Shown piece by piece: positions 6,827-9,498 of a stretch of DNA of 9,498 nt. Position numbers and translations under genes: made by a program. The DNA is from Candidatus Heimdallarchaeota archaeon. Its GTDB lineage: Archaea; Asgardarchaeota; Heimdallarchaeia; JABLTI01. The stretch's first letter is position 1. Each line of letters begins with the position of its first letter. The notes beneath the pieces were generated by a model. That model was given only the letters and a program-made list of their open reading frames with translations, did not search any database and had not been told where the DNA came from. The stretch spans positions 1-9,498 of the forward strand of contig JAUWKS010000095.1 of assembly GCA_030614005.1 (NCBI GenBank), given 5' to 3'.

Positions 6827-7309
6827 GTGACAAATTATAGAATACGAAGATTTAATCCGGAAACAGATATTGAAGCGGTTCAGTTAGTAAACAGTATCTG
6901 CCTCCCTGAAAACTATCCAAGATTTTTTTTCCTTGAGATAACAGATAAATTTCCCGAAGGTTTCAATATAGCTGAATTAGAAGATGGTTTTAAGGAAATA
7001 GTCGGATATGAAATGACTCGCATTGAAAGGGGTTTGTCGAATTATGGTTTTGGAATTTGTAAGAAAGGGCATATTATCTCAATTGCTGTGCTGGACAAAT
7101 ATCGTAGATTACAAATAGCTGAGAAATTAATGGATGCAGCGCATAATGCACTACGCCTTCGTGATGTGCGAGAAGTCTATTTGGAAGTACGAGAATCAAA
7201 TCAAGCAGCAGTTAATCTCTACCAAAAGCTTGGTTACCAACAAAACAAAATTTCTAAACATTATTACACAGATGGTGAATCTGCAATTATAATGACTAGC
7301 AAAATATAG
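6827..7309 (+). CDS. ard1: N-terminal (N-alpha) acetyltransferase, Ard1/Naa10-like GNAT (often annotated RimI)
   Basis: CLPENY, KGHIISIAV, YLEVRESNQAAVNLYQKLG and YYTDGESA follow Sulfolobus Ard1 and eukaryotic Naa10 motifs. GTG start with GGGATGA (6814-6820) upstream. Confidence 0.92.
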   Translation: MTNYRIRRFNPETDIEAVQLVNSICLPENYPRFFFLEITDKFPEGFNIAELEDGFKEIVGYEMTRIERGLSNYGFGICKKGHIISIAVLDKYRRLQIAEKLMDAAHNALRLRDVREVYLEVRESNQAAVNLYQKLGYQQNKISKHYYTDGESAIIMTSKI

Positions 7310-7331
7310 CAAAAGCCAGCTAATCTCAAAA

Positions 7332-7398
7332 TCTTTTTTCATTTATTTTAAAAAAATAAAAAATAAGAGGGGAAGTTCTAAGAGGTAAACTCTTAGAA
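7332..7398. terminator. Bidirectional termination region: 9-bp hairpin plus U-tracts on both strands
   Basis: Perfect inverted repeat TTCTAAGAG-gtaaa-CTCTTAGAA at 7376-7398 overlaps the thermosome stop. On the minus strand it is followed by CTTCCCCTCTTATTTTTATTTTTT. The + strand carries TCTTTTTTCATTTATTTT at 7332-7349 after ard1. Confidence 0.6.
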
Positions 7399-9039
7399 GC
7401 CGTCCATACCAGGCATACCACCACCGGGCATACCGCCTGGAGCACCACCTGGAGAAGATTTAGCTGCAATGATGTCGTCAATTCTGAGAATCATTTGAGC
7501 TGCTTCACTTGCGGAAGTAATTGCTTGTCGAGTAACACTAACTGGCTCGAAAATTTTGGCTTTAACCATATCAACTGGCTTGCCTGTTTTAAGGTCAACA
7601 CCTGCAGTATGTCCGCCTTTGTCGTGTTCTGCTCTTAAAGCAACGAGAACATCAATAGGATCTAAACCAGCATTTTCAGCTAAGGTTCTTGGAATAATTT
7701 CAAGAGCTTCAGCGAATTTTTCTACTGCTAGTTGTTCTCTACCTGCGAGAGTATTAGCGTATTCTTTCAATTTGCGTGAGAGGTAAATTTGAGGAGCTCC
7801 TCCACCAGGAACAACTAAACCATCTTGGATAATGTTTCTAACAACACAGAGAGCATCATGGATTGAACGTTCAGCTTCATCAACAATCATGTCGCTTCCA
7901 CCACGAATCATAATACTAACGCTCTTTGGATTTGGGCAACCTTCAACGAAAACAAAATCATCATCAGCAATTTTGCGTTCTTCAACATTTTTAGCTTCTC
8001 CAAGGTCGCTTGCTTCAATACCATCAATTCTAGTAACGATGCTTGCACCTGTAGCCATAGCAAGTTTTTCCATGTCGGATTTCTTGATTCGTCTAACTGC
8101 AAGGATTCCTTTTTTGGAGAGGAAATGTTGAGCTAAATCATCAATGCCCTTTTGTGAGAGAACAACATTTGCACCAGAAGCAATGATATTATCAACCATA
8201 TCTTTGATCATTGATTGTTCTTGATCGAGGAATGATTTCATTTGATCTGGGCTTGTGATATTTATTTTAGCGTCAAATTCAGTTTTGGAGATTTCAACAG
8301 CAGCATCAATCAAGAGTATTTTTGCATCCTCGATTTTCTTTGGCATGCTAGAATGAACAATGCTCTTATCGAGAATAATTCCCTTAATTAAATTAGTTTC
8401 TTTGATGGATTCACCTTTCTTCTTCTCAATTTTGATATTGTCAATATCACAAGTTCTCTTTCCATTTTCTTCTACAGTAACTGTTAATGCAGCCTCAATA
8501 ACCATTTCAGAAAGGTAATCACTGTGACCAGCGATAACTTTGCTACCCATAGCAGTCATTACGCCTTGTTTGAGTATTGCTTTATCATTAAAATCAACAT
8601 TGATAGCCATTGTCTTTAGGTGTTCCAATGCTTTGGCTGTTGCTTTTCGATATCCGTCAACAATAATGCTAGCGTGAACATCTTGAGATAATAGCTCTTC
8701 AGCTTGCTTCAATAATTCACCAGCAATAATTACAACTGTGGTTGTTCCATCGCCAACCTCATCATCTTGAACCTTTGCTAGTTCAACAATGAATTTAGCG
8801 GCTGGATGTTGAATTTCCATTTCTTTAAGTATGGTGGCACCATCATTTGTAATAACAACATCACCAAAGGAATCAACTAACATTTTATCTAGACCTTTTG
8901 GACCAAGAGCAGATCTAATTGCTTCCGCAACAACTTTTGCAGCTGCAATGTTGTTTTGTTGAGCATTTTTACCTGTAGTCCTTTCGGTACCTTCTCTGAG
9001 GAGGAGCACTTGTTGCCCGCCTAAATTTACAAGACTCAT
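7393..9039 (-). CDS. ths: Thermosome subunit (group II chaperonin); alpha versus beta not resolvable by eye
   Basis: [26 protein letters not shown] (nt 8737-8754), helical protrusion [16 protein letters not shown], catalytic [18 protein letters not shown] and a GGM-rich tail. AAGGTGA RBS at 9049-9055. Confidence 0.98.
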   Translation of the reverse strand: MSLVNLGGQQVLLLREGTERTTGKNAQQNNIAAAKVVAEAIRSALGPKGLDKMLVDSFGDVVITNDGATILKEMEIQHPAAKFIVELAKVQDDEVGDGTTTVVIIAGELLKQAEELLSQDVHASIIVDGYRKATAKALEHLKTMAINVDFNDKAILKQGVMTAMGSKVIAGHSDYLSEMVIEAALTVTVEENGKRTCDIDNIKIEKKKGESIKETNLIKGIILDKSIVHSSMPKKIEDAKILLIDAAVEISKTEFDAKINITSPDQMKSFLDQEQSMIKDMVDNIIASGANVVLSQKGIDDLAQHFLSKKGILAVRRIKKSDMEKLAMATGASIVTRIDGIEASDLGEAKNVEERKIADDDFVFVEGCPNPKSVSIMIRGGSDMIVDEAERSIHDALCVVRNIIQDGLVVPGGGAPQIYLSRKLKEYANTLAGREQLAVEKFAEALEIIPRTLAENAGLDPIDVLVALRAEHDKGGHTAGVDLKTGKPVDMVKAKIFEPVSVTRQAITSASEAAQMILRIDDIIAAKSSPGGAPGGMPGGGMPGMDGF

Positions 9040-9133
9040 TTCTTAAAATCACCTTATAGTTTTTAGATTTGTAAAACCTATTTTTTTCACGGTTTATTTC
9101 CCGCTTGATATGCTTTTTTGTGATTTGTAGTGA

Positions 9134-9148
9134 TATTTAAATCTTTCT
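9134..9148 (-). promoter_or_regulatory. BRE + TATA box of the thermosome gene
   Basis: The minus strand reads AGAAAGA-TTTAAATA, implying a transcription start near 9110 and a 5' UTR of about 70 nt. Confidence 0.6.
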
Positions 9149-9162
9149 TATGCTTTACTTTA

Positions 9163-9259
9163 AGAAAACTGATAGAAGAAAAAGAAATATAGAAATCAAT
9201 GTTCAATTAATTTTGCCATAATGACAGTTTTTTTATCTAGAAAACTGATTTTTCCCGCT
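9163..9259. repeat. Cluster of short repeats upstream of the thermosome promoter
   Basis: Direct repeat AGAAAACTGAT at 9163-9173 and 9239-9249. Inverted pair CAGTTTT(9226-9232)-N8-AAAACTG(9241-9247). TTTCCCGCT at 9251-9259, with a second copy at 9097-9105. Confidence 0.4.
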
Positions 9260-9400
9260 CAGATGTTATTAGTGGGTTTTGTCGTGATTTTTATTTATTA
9301 CTGTAAAAGAAATACACTCTTTTAAAATCTATAACAAATGAAACAAAGTGATATCCATTTGCTAAATATTTTGCCTTGTCAAAGTGTTTTCAACTCAAAA

Positions 9401-9431
9401 ATAAACCACATTATCAATTCATAAGAATTGA
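9401..9431 (-). terminator. Hairpin plus U-tract terminator of the upstream minus-strand gene
   Basis: TCAATTC-ataa-GAATTGA (9414-9431, 7-bp stem), followed on the minus strand by TGTGGTTTATTTTT. Confidence 0.35.
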
Positions 9432-9465
9432 ACAAAGTCAACGTGCATTTATTACTAATCTATCA

Positions 9466-9498
9466 CTAGGATTCAAGGGATTCATCAGGAAGTTCTTC
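9466..9498 (-). CDS. Probable 3' end of a gene starting beyond the window (…EELPDESLES*)
   Basis: The minus frame from 9498 reads an acidic tail EELPDESLES, then TAG TGA TAG, then a terminator-like element. Only 10 codons are visible. Confidence 0.35.
   Translation of the reverse strand, partial: EELPDESLES

Noticed and set aside
9097-9104. TTTCCCGC matches the eukaryotic E2F consensus TTTSSCGC (twice)
   Set aside because: I know of no E2F-type factor in archaea. An 8-mer match is not evidence of E2F control, so the repeat is kept only as an anonymous candidate operator.
9040-9465. Long AT-rich intergenic region as a replication origin, ncRNA or CRISPR leader
   Set aside because: No ORB-like repeats, no adjacent cdc6/orc1 or cas gene, no spaced repeat array, and no GC-rich structured segment as expected for tRNA or other stable RNA.
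9460-9468. Three consecutive stops TAG-TGA-TAG as possible Pyl/Sec recoding
   Set aside because: Stacked stops are easily reached in AT-rich DNA, no open frame continues usefully, and a terminator-like element follows.

Overview
AT-rich archaeal chromosomal window. The group II chaperonin, the Ard1-type acetyltransferase, GGTGA/GAGGT ribosome-binding sites and BRE-TATA promoters mark it as archaeal; a TACK/Asgard-like origin is my inference from protein style and is not verified. It holds eight genes plus a probable gene tail. On the + strand: a 5'-truncated YVTN beta-propeller, an Fe-S/nitroreductase fusion and a DUF3201-like protein. On the - strand: a multi-pass membrane protein and two tandem paralogous site-2 (M50) intramembrane metalloproteases, each with an N-terminal pair of 4-Cys zinc ribbons. 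An Ard1/Naa10-like N-terminal acetyltransferase is divergent from the proteases and convergent with a thermosome subunit. No rRNA, tRNA, CRISPR array or mobile element is visible. The best candidate for an undescribed system is the tandem double-zinc-ribbon site-2 protease pair: both copies keep their catalytic residues, and their second zinc ribbon looks more conserved than the protease domain, which suggests a sensor-coupled intramembrane proteolysis module in a proteostasis neighbourhood.
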